Assembly (NCBI GenBank): GCA_043798935.1
Contig: JAZDOC010000010.1
Location: 1 to 59,441 of the forward strand
DNA: 59,441 nucleotides
Direction of reading: 5' to 3'
Source of the DNA: Patescibacteria group bacterium
Lineage (GTDB): Bacteria; Patescibacteriota; Patescibacteriia; UBA9570; JAHJKD01
Part shown: one piece after another, positions 40,303-49,748 of the stretch
How positions within the stretch are numbered: position 1 is the stretch's first letter
Layout of the letters: the number at the start of each line of letters is the position of its first letter
The notes under the pieces: model-generated
Database searches by the model: none
The model's input: the letters and a program-made list of their open reading frames with translations, nothing else
What the model was told of the DNA's origin: nothing
Program-made: the position numbers and the translations under genes

Positions 40303-41427
40303 ATGACAAGCGTTATTTATCCTTTATCAGCTGATCCGATCCATAACGGACACATTAATAATATTAAGCGTCTGACAAAAAATTTTAACCATGTTTTTGT
40401 GGCCATTGGCAAGAACTACGAAAAAAAACCCAGATATTTATTCAGTGATGGCGAAAAATTAATGATTACTAAAAAAGCGCTGGCGAGACTGAATCGCGAA
40501 GAATCGAAAATAACGAAGAACACGAAAATTGAGAACGCAAAAAAAGCGAAAATTTCAGTGGAGTTATTTGATGGATTATTAGTGCATTATGCCAATAAAA
40601 AAGGTACTAATATTATCGTTCGCGGATCGAGAAACAGTATGGATTTTGAGAGCGAGCAAGTAATGGCTGAATTCAATAAAAATTACGGACTGGACACATT
40701 TATTATTCCAGCACCGCAAAAAACTTTTACTCTAAGCTCGACCATGATAAAAGCTATTGTAGAAAATGGTGGCTTAGTTCATGAATATACACCGCCCGTT
40801 ATTAAACAAGCGCTGGAAGAAAAAATTCTAGGCTTAACACTCGTCGGCGTTACCGGCAATACGGGCAGTGGTAAAACTTCGCTTTGTAAAGAACTAGCTC
40901 AATTAAATACAGACATTGATTACATTGAAGTTGATAAATTAATTAAAGAGCTTTATCAGGCAGACTTAAGTGTAAAACATAAAGTTAAACAAGCTTTCGG
41001 CGCCAATATTTATCATAACAATAATATCGACCGCAAAAAATTAGCCAAAATTATTTTTAAAGATACGGGTGAAAGATTAAAGCTGGTAGAAATCTTGCGT
41101 CAGCCGTTTAAAATTGCGCTGGAGAAAAAAATTAAAAGTCTAACCGGCATTGTTTTAATTGATTGCGCCTATTTGGTTGAATACGGGTTATTGCCAATGA
41201 TTAATTATAATGTTGTGCTTCTTCAATGTTCGGCCAAAACAAAATTAAAACGCAATCAAAAAGCCAATCAAATTATACCCGTGCAATTAACTGAAAATGA
41301 ATTAAAAAAACAAATTATAAGCGAACAAAAAAAATCCGGCCAAGATAATTTACTGATTATAAACACAGATAAACAAATTAACTATTCATTAATAGTCCAA
41401 AAAATACGTGGCTGGAAAATTGTTTAG
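40303..41427 (+). CDS. Bifunctional phosphopantetheine adenylyltransferase / dephospho-CoA kinase fusion (CoaD-CoaE)
   Basis: N-terminal YPLSADPIHNGH, FDGLLV.YA, IVRG.R...DFE.E, LSST.IK; C-terminal VGVTGNTGSGKT, IDRKKLAKIIF. Confidence 0.85.
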   Translation: MTSVIYPLSADPIHNGHINNIKRLTKNFNHVFVAIGKNYEKKPRYLFSDGEKLMITKKALARLNREESKITKNTKIENAKKAKISVELFDGLLVHYANKKGTNIIVRGSRNSMDFESEQVMAEFNKNYGLDTFIIPAPQKTFTLSSTMIKAIVENGGLVHEYTPPVIKQALEEKILGLTLVGVTGNTGSGKTSLCKELAQLNTDIDYIEVDKLIKELYQADLSVKHKVKQAFGANIYHNNNIDRKKLAKIIFKDTGERLKLVEILRQPFKIALEKKIKSLTGIVLIDCAYLVEYGLLPMINYNVVLLQCSAKTKLKRNQKANQIIPVQLTENELKKQIISEQKKSGQDNLLIINTDKQINYSLIVQKIRGWKIV

Positions 41428-41456
41428 CTGTAAATTTATATTCATGAGAATATGTT

Positions 41457-42221
41457 TTACAATACTAATGCACCGAGACAACCGGCATAACTTGAATTTT
41501 TAATAAAAGCGATATTACAAAAATATTTTTTTAATAATTTCTTCAAACAATCGTTATTGTTTAATACTGATCCGATAAAAATAATCGGCTCTTTATTTTT
41601 TTTATACAAAACCATGTCTTTATATACAGTTATGGCTAATAAATTCATAAGGCCCGCGGCTAAATCATTTTTATTTGTTTTTTTATTTACAAATCCTAAA
41701 TTAGAAACAATTAAATCATTAAAATAAATATCGATTTTTTTGTGATTACCTTTGTTAGCACATTCAACTAAATGGTTAAAGTTTTTAAAGCCTAGTTTCT
41801 CGGATAATCCTAATATAGTCCCGCCAGCAATAGAACTGCCGATCGGATATTTATAAATGCGAAGGCGCGAATCCGGATTCGTGCCTGACCGTTTTACTGC
41901 GGTATATGAAATGCCAGTGCCGATAGAAACTAAAATAAAATTTTGCGGTAATTTTCCTTCCAGTGCACACAAACCAATTACTTGTAATTTTATTTCGCGA
42001 TCAATTAAATTTTGTTTATTTATTTTTTTAATTTCTAAAAATTTTAATTCTTGAGGAAGCTTACCAACACCAGTAATATTTGCCGTGGTAATTTCATTCT
42101 GTTTTAATATTATAGAAATTTGGGAAATTGAACAATCAGCTGAACTTAAAAAGTGCAGCTTTTTGTTTTTTTCATAAGCTATTTTTATTAAAGTTAATCC
42201 TAGATCAATACCGGCAAGCAT
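41457..42221 (-). CDS. coaW: Type II pantothenate kinase (CoaW/Fumble family)
   Basis: GIDLGLTLIK, ITGVG, VSIGTGIS, GSSIAGGTILGL, IFIGS, YAGCLGA. Confidence 0.8.
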   Translation of the reverse strand: MLAGIDLGLTLIKIAYEKNKKLHFLSSADCSISQISIILKQNEITTANITGVGKLPQELKFLEIKKINKQNLIDREIKLQVIGLCALEGKLPQNFILVSIGTGISYTAVKRSGTNPDSRLRIYKYPIGSSIAGGTILGLSEKLGFKNFNHLVECANKGNHKKIDIYFNDLIVSNLGFVNKKTNKNDLAAGLMNLLAITVYKDMVLYKKNKEPIIFIGSVLNNNDCLKKLLKKYFCNIAFIKNSSYAGCLGALVL

Positions 42222-42235
42222 ATAAAATATTTCGA

Positions 42236-42373
42236 TTATTTATTTTCAATAATTTTCTTTAATTTAAAAACGCTTTTACCGGAAACTTTCATTTTGGGTT
42301 TTTTAGTTTTTTTACTAGCCCGGCGTTTAATTTTATTTTGAGCTTTTATTTCAGCGCTGTTTAAATTAGACAT
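42236..42373 (-). CDS. 45-aa highly basic small protein (not in the ORF track)
   Basis: MSNLNSAEIKAQNKIKRRASKKTKKPKMKVSGKSVFKLKKIIENK*; fills the gap between zupT and coaW with 7- and 14-nt spacers. Confidence 0.6.
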   Translation of the reverse strand: MSNLNSAEIKAQNKIKRRASKKTKKPKMKVSGKSVFKLKKIIENK

Positions 42374-42380
42374 GTCTTCA

Positions 42381-43145
42381 TTATAACAAATACAAGCTAA
42401 CTGCCATAATGGCCATGCCGGTAAAAATGCCAGCTACGGAAATATGGCTTTTATTGCCTTTAAAAGATAACGGCAATAATTCATCGAAGCTAATAAATAT
42501 CATAATGCCGGCTACAAAAGACAATGAAAGATCTAGAACTTCTTGATTTAAAAACGGCATTAGCACCAATAAACCAATGGCGGCGCCGATCGGCTCGGCA
42601 ATACCGGCAAAAAAAGAAGCTAATACAGCCTTAGTGCGATTTTTAGTGGCACAATAAATCGGCATGGCCACGGCAATGCCTTCGGGAATATTATGAATGG
42701 CAATAGCTACGGCTAATGATAAACCAAGTGAAATGTTTTCCAGCGATCCAACTGCCACGGCAATACCTTCGGGAAAATTATGAATAGCAATGCCTAAGGC
42801 CAATAAAACTCCGGCTGTAAATAATTTTTTGTCTTTACTGCTTAAATTATAACAGACTTTTTCAGCAATATATTCATGTGGTATAAAATAGTCAATTAAA
42901 AAAATAAAAGCAATACCGCCAAAAAAAGCTAGATTAGCTTTATTAAACCCAATATCATTAATAGCTCCGCCTAAAAGTTCGACTAATGAAACATAAATCA
43001 TTACTCCGGCCGACATGCCTAGAAAATAATTTAATTTATTTTCACTATCTTTTTTAAATGAAAAAATAATGATACTGCCCAGTACGGTACACAAACCGGC
43101 AAAAGTAGATAATAATAATGGAATCCAAATCTGGTGGAAGTTCAC
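42381..43145 (-). CDS. zupT: ZIP-family zinc transporter ZupT
   Basis: SAGVMIYVS, IAIHNFPEG, IAIHNIPEG, AEPIGA, DELLP. Confidence 0.93.
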   Translation of the reverse strand: MNFHQIWIPLLLSTFAGLCTVLGSIIIFSFKKDSENKLNYFLGMSAGVMIYVSLVELLGGAINDIGFNKANLAFFGGIAFIFLIDYFIPHEYIAEKVCYNLSSKDKKLFTAGVLLALGIAIHNFPEGIAVAVGSLENISLGLSLAVAIAIHNIPEGIAVAMPIYCATKNRTKAVLASFFAGIAEPIGAAIGLLVLMPFLNQEVLDLSLSFVAGIMIFISFDELLPLSFKGNKSHISVAGIFTGMAIMAVSLYLL

Positions 43146-43149
43146 TGAA

Positions 43150-43434
43150 TTAACTTTTGTTTAGTTTAATTAAAGAAATTAAATTGGCAATTAACCAAAT
43201 TAAAATAACCGGGACTAACATGGCAATTCCCAGCCAAGTACCACTGGTAATCAAGCCGTCAGTTTGAGTTTCAAAAAACTCTCCGCCTTCATAGCCTAAA
43301 ACATGATCGACTAATATCATAATAGTCGCTCCCCACAGCATTAAGCATAAAAAGCCTAATTTATATTTATTTTTTAGAAAATAAAATAATAAAGTTACGA
43401 TAATGGCCGCAATTAGCGTTGTTATGAACCACAT
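43150..43434 (-). CDS. Small 3-TM membrane protein, paralog of the neighbouring gene
   Basis: LMLWGATIMILVDH motif. Confidence 0.75.
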   Translation of the reverse strand: MWFITTLIAAIIVTLLFYFLKNKYKLGFLCLMLWGATIMILVDHVLGYEGGEFFETQTDGLITSGTWLGIAMLVPVILIWLIANLISLIKLNKS

Positions 43435-43733
43435 ATTTTTTTATTTGCGATTAATACCAAAACTGACCAAAATGCAATAATTGCCAGAGTCATTGCTCCG
43501 CCAACCGTTACAATTTCTTTTAGCATAGTAATTGTATCAGCCGGATTTTTCATGGCAGTTAAAAACGGCGGATAAAATACGATTTCGCCATGAGCAATAT
43601 GCTCAACGGCAAGCATTAATACTCCACCCCAAAACATACTAATAAGCCAATCTATGTGATATTTCGGATCAATTCTTTTTTTAAAGCCAGTGACAACGAT
43701 TGCGGCCACGGCTGGCGCAGTAAAACAAGCCAT
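43422..43733 (-). CDS. Small 3-TM membrane protein
   Basis: MACF N-terminus, SMFWGGVLMLAVEHIAHGE, PPFLTAM. Confidence 0.75.
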   Translation of the reverse strand: MACFTAPAVAAIVVTGFKKRIDPKYHIDWLISMFWGGVLMLAVEHIAHGEIVFYPPFLTAMKNPADTITMLKEIVTVGGAMTLAIIAFWSVLVLIANKKICGS

Positions 43734-43766
43734 ATAGTGTTAGTAAAGACCACTCTCGAGCTGTCT

Positions 43767-45935
43767 TTACAAATTAATTTTTAATATTTTTTCTTTAATA
43801 TCTTGGGCGGTTAATTTGGCAACAGCGTAAACTTCAGCTGGCGGGCCAGAACGATAATAGTCGTCAGTCCCTAAAGAGCGAGAAGCATAATCGCCGGATA
43901 AGATAAACGGATACAAAAATCCTTTCCAGCCATTGTGAATGGCTATAACTTTTAATCTCTCTTCGTCGCTTAAAATTGCCTCTGCTTTGGCCGGATCATT
44001 TTTCTTTAATTCTTCGTATAGTTCCGGCGAAGTGACAGCGATTATTTTTACATCATGATTTTCTTCAAGTTCGGGTACTATTTCTAAAGTGTTAGCCATG
44101 GTTTGACCGCCACAAACAGCCAGCACCATTTTAGCTTTACCGTTTTCTTTATAAGGCTTAAATATATAAGCTCCATTACAAGCTTCACAGGCCGGTGGAA
44201 TATCGCCGGTGCGATCAAAAACAATTGTATCCGGACGAGCCACAGAAAGAGCGATAGGCTCGCCTTTTTTTAAAGCGTGAAACAACATCTCGACGGTTTC
44301 ATTAGCATCAAGCGGTTTATAAACTTTAATGCCTGGATAAGCATTAAACAAACTCATCCAATACAGGCCATGGTGGGTTGGTCCGTCTTCTCCGGTTTCC
44401 AGACCGTCATGAGCGGCCAGCATAATAAAGAATCCTTTTCTATCCGGATTTACATGATTACCGATTAGCGTCATACGCACAGAATTAGCCATCATGGAAG
44501 TAAAAACGCCGTAAGAACTAAATACGCTACTTGCTTGATAACCACCCGGTAAAATATCCTGGGTCATGGCGCAAGAAAGCATGGCCATGTTTTGTTCGGC
44601 AATACCGAAACGAATACCCCGCCCCATTTTATTAGTACGATTTAAAATACCGTGCACTTGCTCGGCTTGCCAGGTTAGAATTGATTTTGACAAATCACCC
44701 GTACCGGCATAAAAAAAAGCGCTTTCACTCATTAACCATTTGAAAAAAGCATCAGTGGCTTTACGGGTGGCAGCTGGCTTATCAGCTGAATAAACTAATT
44801 CTTCCGGAAGCGTATCTGGGCGGGAAACGTTGGTAACACTTTTAAATTCTCGACCAACTAAAGCGGTTTGCATTTTATTTATTAATTCTTGCTCGGAAAT
44901 AATATTGCTTTTGGTAATAGCTAAACGATCAGATAAATAATCTACTAGCTCGCTAGATAATTGAGAAGTGATTACTTCAATGTCGGAAGAGACATCACTG
45001 GTTACTTCAAAACCCAAGTTTTTCATGATAGAAATATATTCTGTGGTATCGGCTGGCTTACCATGAGAATCAGAACTGTTTTCATTACAGCCATAACATT
45101 TACCTTTAATGCAGTAAGATAAAATAACTGTGGGGCTCTGATTATTAAAACCTTCTTTTACTTTCTGATAAGCATGCATTAATTCTAAAATATTGTGCCC
45201 GTCGACTTCAATTACATTCCAACCCAAACCCAGCCAGTGATTAATATATGGTGAAGAAATCACTTCATCTGTATCGCCGTCGATGCCGAAATGATTTCTG
45301 TCTAGCATGACAACTAAATTTTTAAGTCCTAAAGAGTTGGCTACATTTCTGGCTTCGTATGTCATGCCTTCTTCGCTTTCAGCATCACCCATTAAAACCC
45401 AAGTTTTCATGGCGTCTAAACCGCAGGAACTATGGAGCGCAGCTAAACCAGCGGCGCCGCTGATGCCATGGCCAGAAGCTCCCGTAGAAAGATCTGCCAG
45501 CGGACTATAAGACTCTACATGCCCTTGTGGGCCATCAAAATGACGAAAACGTAAAAGATCTTGACCCATTACAGCATGAGTTTTTTTCTTATCAAAAACA
45601 ATGCCTTTTTTGGAAAGTGTTTCATACATTAATGCTTGCATGCCATATAAAAGCGGCGTGCAATGCCCGGCCGACCAAACCACGCGATCGCGGCCGTTGT
45701 TTTTTGGATCGGTAAAATCGAAGCTCATTACGCCAGAAGTAATTAATGACAATAATTGTTCTACTTTGGAAGAAGAGCCGCCCGGATGACCGGATTTTGA
45801 AGCTTCTAGAGATGCAAAGATATAGCCACGGCAAAAGCGGGCTAATTCATTTAGCTTATCGATATCGATACCGTCGATATTATCTAATTTTTCCCCTCTT
45901 AATTTTAGGTATTCACCTGATTTTTCTAATGACAT
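43767..45935 (-). CDS. tkt: Transketolase (single chain, divergent)
   Basis: SGHPGG, DRVVWSAGH, TPP motif GDAESEEG...N, FGIAEQNM, GEDGPTH. Confidence 0.88.
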   Translation of the reverse strand: MSLEKSGEYLKLRGEKLDNIDGIDIDKLNELARFCRGYIFASLEASKSGHPGGSSSKVEQLLSLITSGVMSFDFTDPKNNGRDRVVWSAGHCTPLLYGMQALMYETLSKKGIVFDKKKTHAVMGQDLLRFRHFDGPQGHVESYSPLADLSTGASGHGISGAAGLAALHSSCGLDAMKTWVLMGDAESEEGMTYEARNVANSLGLKNLVVMLDRNHFGIDGDTDEVISSPYINHWLGLGWNVIEVDGHNILELMHAYQKVKEGFNNQSPTVILSYCIKGKCYGCNENSSDSHGKPADTTEYISIMKNLGFEVTSDVSSDIEVITSQLSSELVDYLSDRLAITKSNIISEQELINKMQTALVGREFKSVTNVSRPDTLPEELVYSADKPAATRKATDAFFKWLMSESAFFYAGTGDLSKSILTWQAEQVHGILNRTNKMGRGIRFGIAEQNMAMLSCAMTQDILPGGYQASSVFSSYGVFTSMMANSVRMTLIGNHVNPDRKGFFIMLAAHDGLETGEDGPTHHGLYWMSLFNAYPGIKVYKPLDANETVEMLFHALKKGEPIALSVARPDTIVFDRTGDIPPACEACNGAYIFKPYKENGKAKMVLAVCGGQTMANTLEIVPELEENHDVKIIAVTSPELYEELKKNDPAKAEAILSDEERLKVIAIHNGWKGFLYPFILSGDYASRSLGTDDYYRSGPPAEVYAVAKLTAQDIKEKILKINL

Positions 45936-46028
45936 AATGATTGTTTAATATTTAAAAAACGAGATTTAACTCGCTTTATATTATAATATAAATTGTTTTG
46001 GTTTACAACTATTCTACCGTATTTTATT

Positions 46029-46304
46029 CTATTTATTAATCTTAATTGCCTTTCCATTAACTATGGCTAAACTGATTTTTTTATAAGCTGATGTTAAGAT
46101 CCTTTGAAAAGTACTTTGGGATGTTTTCATTTTTTTAGCGCAAGCAATTTGATCCAGTTCCTCAATGTTTTTTAAACGTAAAGCTTCGGCTTCTTCAGCC
46201 GTTAACTCAATGATTTCCAAATTATGCATGGGCACGCCCCGGGGTTTAAAGAAGTATCCCCGATGGCGGTATCCAATGCGACGATGCAAGCGTGGGCGAG
46301 GCAT
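46029..46304 (-). CDS. DUF134 HTH DNA-binding protein
   Basis: MPRPR..R, FKPRGVP, EAEALRL, AKKM..SQSTFQRIL..A.KK. Confidence 0.9.
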   Translation of the reverse strand: MPRPRLHRRIGYRHRGYFFKPRGVPMHNLEIIELTAEEAEALRLKNIEELDQIACAKKMKTSQSTFQRILTSAYKKISLAIVNGKAIKINK

Positions 46305-46517
46305 TTATTTTTTAATATTTTTTAATTCCTCTTCTACAGCCTTTAATTCTTGCTGCAAAGCATCGCGTTCTGCTTCTAAGTCTTGTTGAGCGGGCTGATA
46401 AACCCCTCTACTAAATCCCATCCCGCGTCCACAACCGCCACGCTGGCAACAAGAACCAAAACCTCTACCTGTTAACGGACCTCTCCCCATTGGTCCGGTT
46501 CTATTTTGATTGGGCAT
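46305..46517 (-). CDS. DUF5320-family Gly/Arg-rich small protein
   Basis: MP..NRTGPMGRGPLTGRGFG.C and a C-terminal coiled coil. Confidence 0.85.
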   Translation of the reverse strand: MPNQNRTGPMGRGPLTGRGFGSCCQRGGCGRGMGFSRGVYQPAQQDLEAERDALQQELKAVEEELKNIKK

Positions 46518-46545
46518 AATTTTTTTTATTTAATAATTAAACCTA

Positions 46546-46579
46546 TTTTGAATATATACCCAAAACTAATTATTGTCAA
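46546..46579 (-). promoter_or_regulatory. Promoter with an overlapping imperfect palindrome (candidate DUF134 operator)
   Basis: Minus strand TTGACA-17-TATATT; TTTTG-AATATATACC-CAAAA at 46546-46565 covers the -10. Confidence 0.55.
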
Positions 46580-46598
46580 GTCTTTGTAAATAATAGAT

Positions 46599-47162
46599 CT
46601 ACAAAACTTTTCGCGGTAGAAAATAAATATAAATAGCGCTACTAAAACAAAGCATGGCCATGATAATGAATATTATGTCGAAACTAAAATAATATACGAT
46701 TAACCCGCCCAGTGCGGAACCAAAGGCGACCGTAAAATAATTCATTGCTTCCCACGCACTCCAGCTATAAGCTTCGCGATGGCGTATTAAGTGTTTTGAA
46801 TAAATGGCATTAAAAGCCGGCGAATATAAAGCTTCGGCAAAACCAATTAATGCCTGCACAATAAATATAAACATTACCGAATCCACAAAAATATATAAAA
46901 AGAAGCCGATGCCCATTACAAAATATCCAAAAACAATAATCAGTTCATTTTCTTTAATTTTATCTGCATAATTACCGGCCAATAATGTTGTGATTCCCGC
47001 AACTACGGCAAAAATTCCTCCAGCAAAACTTGCGTCTAATAAATCCCCACCGATTTGTTCTACAAATAAAGCATATATTGGTCCTAACATAGCGCCAGCT
47101 ATTAAAATCAAACTGTTGGTAATAAGTAATATTTTTAAAGATTGGTTTAGAAAATTCTTCAT
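46599..47162 (-). CDS. Half-size (about 6 TM) MFS transporter
   Basis: Motif A-like AGNYADKI; 187 aa; flanked closely by unrelated genes. Confidence 0.8.
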   Translation of the reverse strand: MKNFLNQSLKILLITNSLILIAGAMLGPIYALFVEQIGGDLLDASFAGGIFAVVAGITTLLAGNYADKIKENELIIVFGYFVMGIGFFLYIFVDSVMFIFIVQALIGFAEALYSPAFNAIYSKHLIRHREAYSWSAWEAMNYFTVAFGSALGGLIVYYFSFDIIFIIMAMLCFSSAIYIYFLPRKVL

Positions 47163-47172
47163 TATGATAGTT

Positions 47173-48162
47173 TTAAAATAGCTTAATTTTTTTAGTTCTT
47201 CCCCAAAGACCTTGTGTTACAATATACGCCTGATATTTTTCTGATGAATACTTGGAAACGAAACTTTGGGGAATAATAATGTTTATGGAATAAAGCCCGC
47301 CCGATAAACAATAGATAGATGGATCAAGATACATGCGCGATGCATCGGGCGTATCGAGCTGTGAAATGCTGTTTGCATTAAAACCGGTGCGCTGATTTAA
47401 ATTTAAAATATAGGAAAAAACTTTTTTATTATTCTTTTTCTTTCTAATAATTAAGCTAACTTTATTGAATGCAGTTTGATAATTAGACTGTGCATACAAA
47501 ACACCCAAGTTTCCTTCGCCGGCTTCTGAAACAGAAAGCAAAGATAAAGCAGTTCTTGATTTTTTAGGTTTAAACAGAAATAACGGATTAACAGCCGGAT
47601 CAAAACCCGTACTGGTCGGGCTATTTGGATAATAACTTTGATCTTCCAGTGACCAGGGCGTACCCACGCGCAATTCAAAATGCAAATGCGGTGTACCAGC
47701 TCCGCCGCTCGTACCAACATAACCGATAATTTCTCCCTTGCTAATAGATTGCCCCTCAGCTAAACCAGAAACGAAGCCGTTTAAATGAAGATACCATGTA
47801 TAATAATGTTTAATATCTTGATTTTTAAATCTGACACCGTCTTCGAAATCATGCTCTAAAATAATAGTACGTCCGCTCTCGCTGTAATCCCAAATTTTAT
47901 AAACCGTACCGGCTTGTGGCGCTAAAACTTCTGTGTCGCGATCGGCACCGATATCAAGCCCATAATGCCAGTCGTACCGGCCAAGCCAGCGGACACCAAA
48001 AGGTGAAATGATGTTATCCGACGTTGTGTCTTTTACAGGCCAAACCGATTCACTGCGCAAGCTATAAAATGTTTTAATAATATTGTTCTTGGCTGACGCA
48101 AAAGAAACTAAAGGAAGACCTAAGGCTAAAATTATTGTTAACAGCCAAAAAAAATTTTTCAT
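47173..48162 (-). CDS. Secreted M23-family metallopeptidase
   Basis: Signal peptide; SPFG, HYGLDI, YLHL, IGYVGTSG, PHLHFE. Confidence 0.9.
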   Translation of the reverse strand: MKNFFWLLTIILALGLPLVSFASAKNNIIKTFYSLRSESVWPVKDTTSDNIISPFGVRWLGRYDWHYGLDIGADRDTEVLAPQAGTVYKIWDYSESGRTIILEHDFEDGVRFKNQDIKHYYTWYLHLNGFVSGLAEGQSISKGEIIGYVGTSGGAGTPHLHFELRVGTPWSLEDQSYYPNSPTSTGFDPAVNPLFLFKPKKSRTALSLLSVSEAGEGNLGVLYAQSNYQTAFNKVSLIIRKKKNNKKVFSYILNLNQRTGFNANSISQLDTPDASRMYLDPSIYCLSGGLYSINIIIPQSFVSKYSSEKYQAYIVTQGLWGRTKKIKLF

Positions 48163-48191
48163 GTTTCTTTTTAGCTTATTATTAAATCTGA

Positions 48192-49157
48192 TTAAAGATT
48201 AAATTCTTTAACAACTTGAGCTCTTAAAGCACTAAAATCACTTTGGCCCATATCATCAATAAAATGTAAGTGCATGGATCCATCAGAATATGGTCCGTTT
48301 AATCTGATAGGCTGATCATTTGAATCGCCCATTTTATAATATTTGGTTGGACAAGCCAAAATGCTATCGACAAAAGGACCTCGGCTGTGAAGCATTAAAT
48401 GCAAATTATAATTGTCGGCTGAGGATTCACCACCGGTATAGATATTTATATAAGCCACCTGTTCAGTGGGTTGATCTTCCATGATAAACATTACATCTAA
48501 AAAGTATCCGCCATCGGGCCAATTATTATCACCTTCGCAAACCGCTAAATCAGTTTGCATTACATTACCGTAAATTCTAAAAGACCCATTTTGATGACTT
48601 CGATTTTCGCATCTTAAAGCACCTTCACCTTTGGGTATAAAACATTCATTTAGATCGTCTTTATATTGAATATAACCACGGCCACGGACATCACCATTTT
48701 GTAAAACTGCTATATAGGCTACGAGATCAGCCTCTAAACCAGTTAAATAATTATCGAGATTTTTTGCTGAACCGGAAACATCACCGATTAAATAGTGCTC
48801 AGACATAATTTTCGAGGCTTTAATGTCGTTCCATTCTTCGTCACTTATATCATTACCATTATCGGCGCTTGGATCAGATGTATCGGTTGTTCCATTTTCG
48901 TCAGAAGCACTACTGTTAGACTCGGTTATAATATACAAACCGTCGTCAACTGTACTTAGATCTTGGTTATCAGTTAAAACTAATTCTGGAAAATCATTAT
49001 TTTTTTCAGCAATACCATTAATGTTGCTATTTGTATTATTGTTGCTGTTTTTATTATTATTATTCTCATTGTCTTTATTACAATCCGCGCCCACAAATAA
49101 TAATATTGCAAGAAGTGGTAAAATCAAGAATATTTTTTTCATAATTATTTTAATCAA
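48192..49157 (-). CDS. Putative lipoprotein of unknown function (start probably at MKKIF, 49142)
   Basis: LLFVGADC lipobox-like site followed by an Asn-rich linker. Confidence 0.7.
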   Translation of the reverse strand: MIKIIMKKIFLILPLLAILLFVGADCNKDNENNNNKNSNNNTNSNINGIAEKNNDFPELVLTDNQDLSTVDDGLYIITESNSSASDENGTTDTSDPSADNGNDISDEEWNDIKASKIMSEHYLIGDVSGSAKNLDNYLTGLEADLVAYIAVLQNGDVRGRGYIQYKDDLNECFIPKGEGALRCENRSHQNGSFRIYGNVMQTDLAVCEGDNNWPDGGYFLDVMFIMEDQPTEQVAYINIYTGGESSADNYNLHLMLHSRGPFVDSILACPTKYYKMGDSNDQPIRLNGPYSDGSMHLHFIDDMGQSDFSALRAQVVKEFNL

Positions 49158-49623
49158 TACTAATTAACTCGGTCTCGAATATTAAAGTAGCATCAGGCGG
49201 AATAATATTTCCAGCGCCACTCGAGCCATAACCCAAATCAGATGGAATGGTTAATTTTCTTTTTTCACCCACCTGCATATCTAATAAACCTTGGTCCCAA
49301 CCCTTAATTACTTGCCCAGCTCCCAAAGTGAAAGAAAAGGGCGTGCCTCTATCGACCGAAGAGTCAAATTTAGTGCCGTCTTCTAAAGTACCAGTATAAT
49401 GTACGCTAATTGTATCTCCGGCTTTAGTTTTTCGATCTCCAGCCCCTGGCTGTAGAACTTCAATTTTTAATTCTTGGTCCATGTTGTTTTGATTAATGTT
49501 TTGATTATCATTATTGTTAGCAGGCACAGCCTCTTTTTTTACGTCAATATTAATGATGAACAAAAATAAAGCGGCAAAAACTGCTAAGATTATTAAAATT
49601 TTTATAACTAACTTCTTTTCCAT
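49150..49623 (-). CDS. Membrane-anchored FKBP-type peptidyl-prolyl isomerase
   Basis: [41 protein letters not shown]. Confidence 0.96.
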   Translation of the reverse strand: MEKKLVIKILIILAVFAALFLFIINIDVKKEAVPANNNDNQNINQNNMDQELKIEVLQPGAGDRKTKAGDTISVHYTGTLEDGTKFDSSVDRGTPFSFTLGAGQVIKGWDQGLLDMQVGEKRKLTIPSDLGYGSSGAGNIIPPDATLIFETELISID

Positions 49624-49748
49624 AATATTTTAATTAAATTAAATAATTACTTGTTTAACATACTATTTATAGCCATGTTTGTCAAAATTGTATAAGCCGT
49701 ATTTTAAACAGTGGTGCAAAAGATATTAATTGAATAAATATTTATCAA

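Noticed and set aside
49000-49080. AAT/AAC-rich low-complexity tract as a tandem repeat or phase-variable element
   Set aside because: Encodes an ordinary Asn-rich lipoprotein linker
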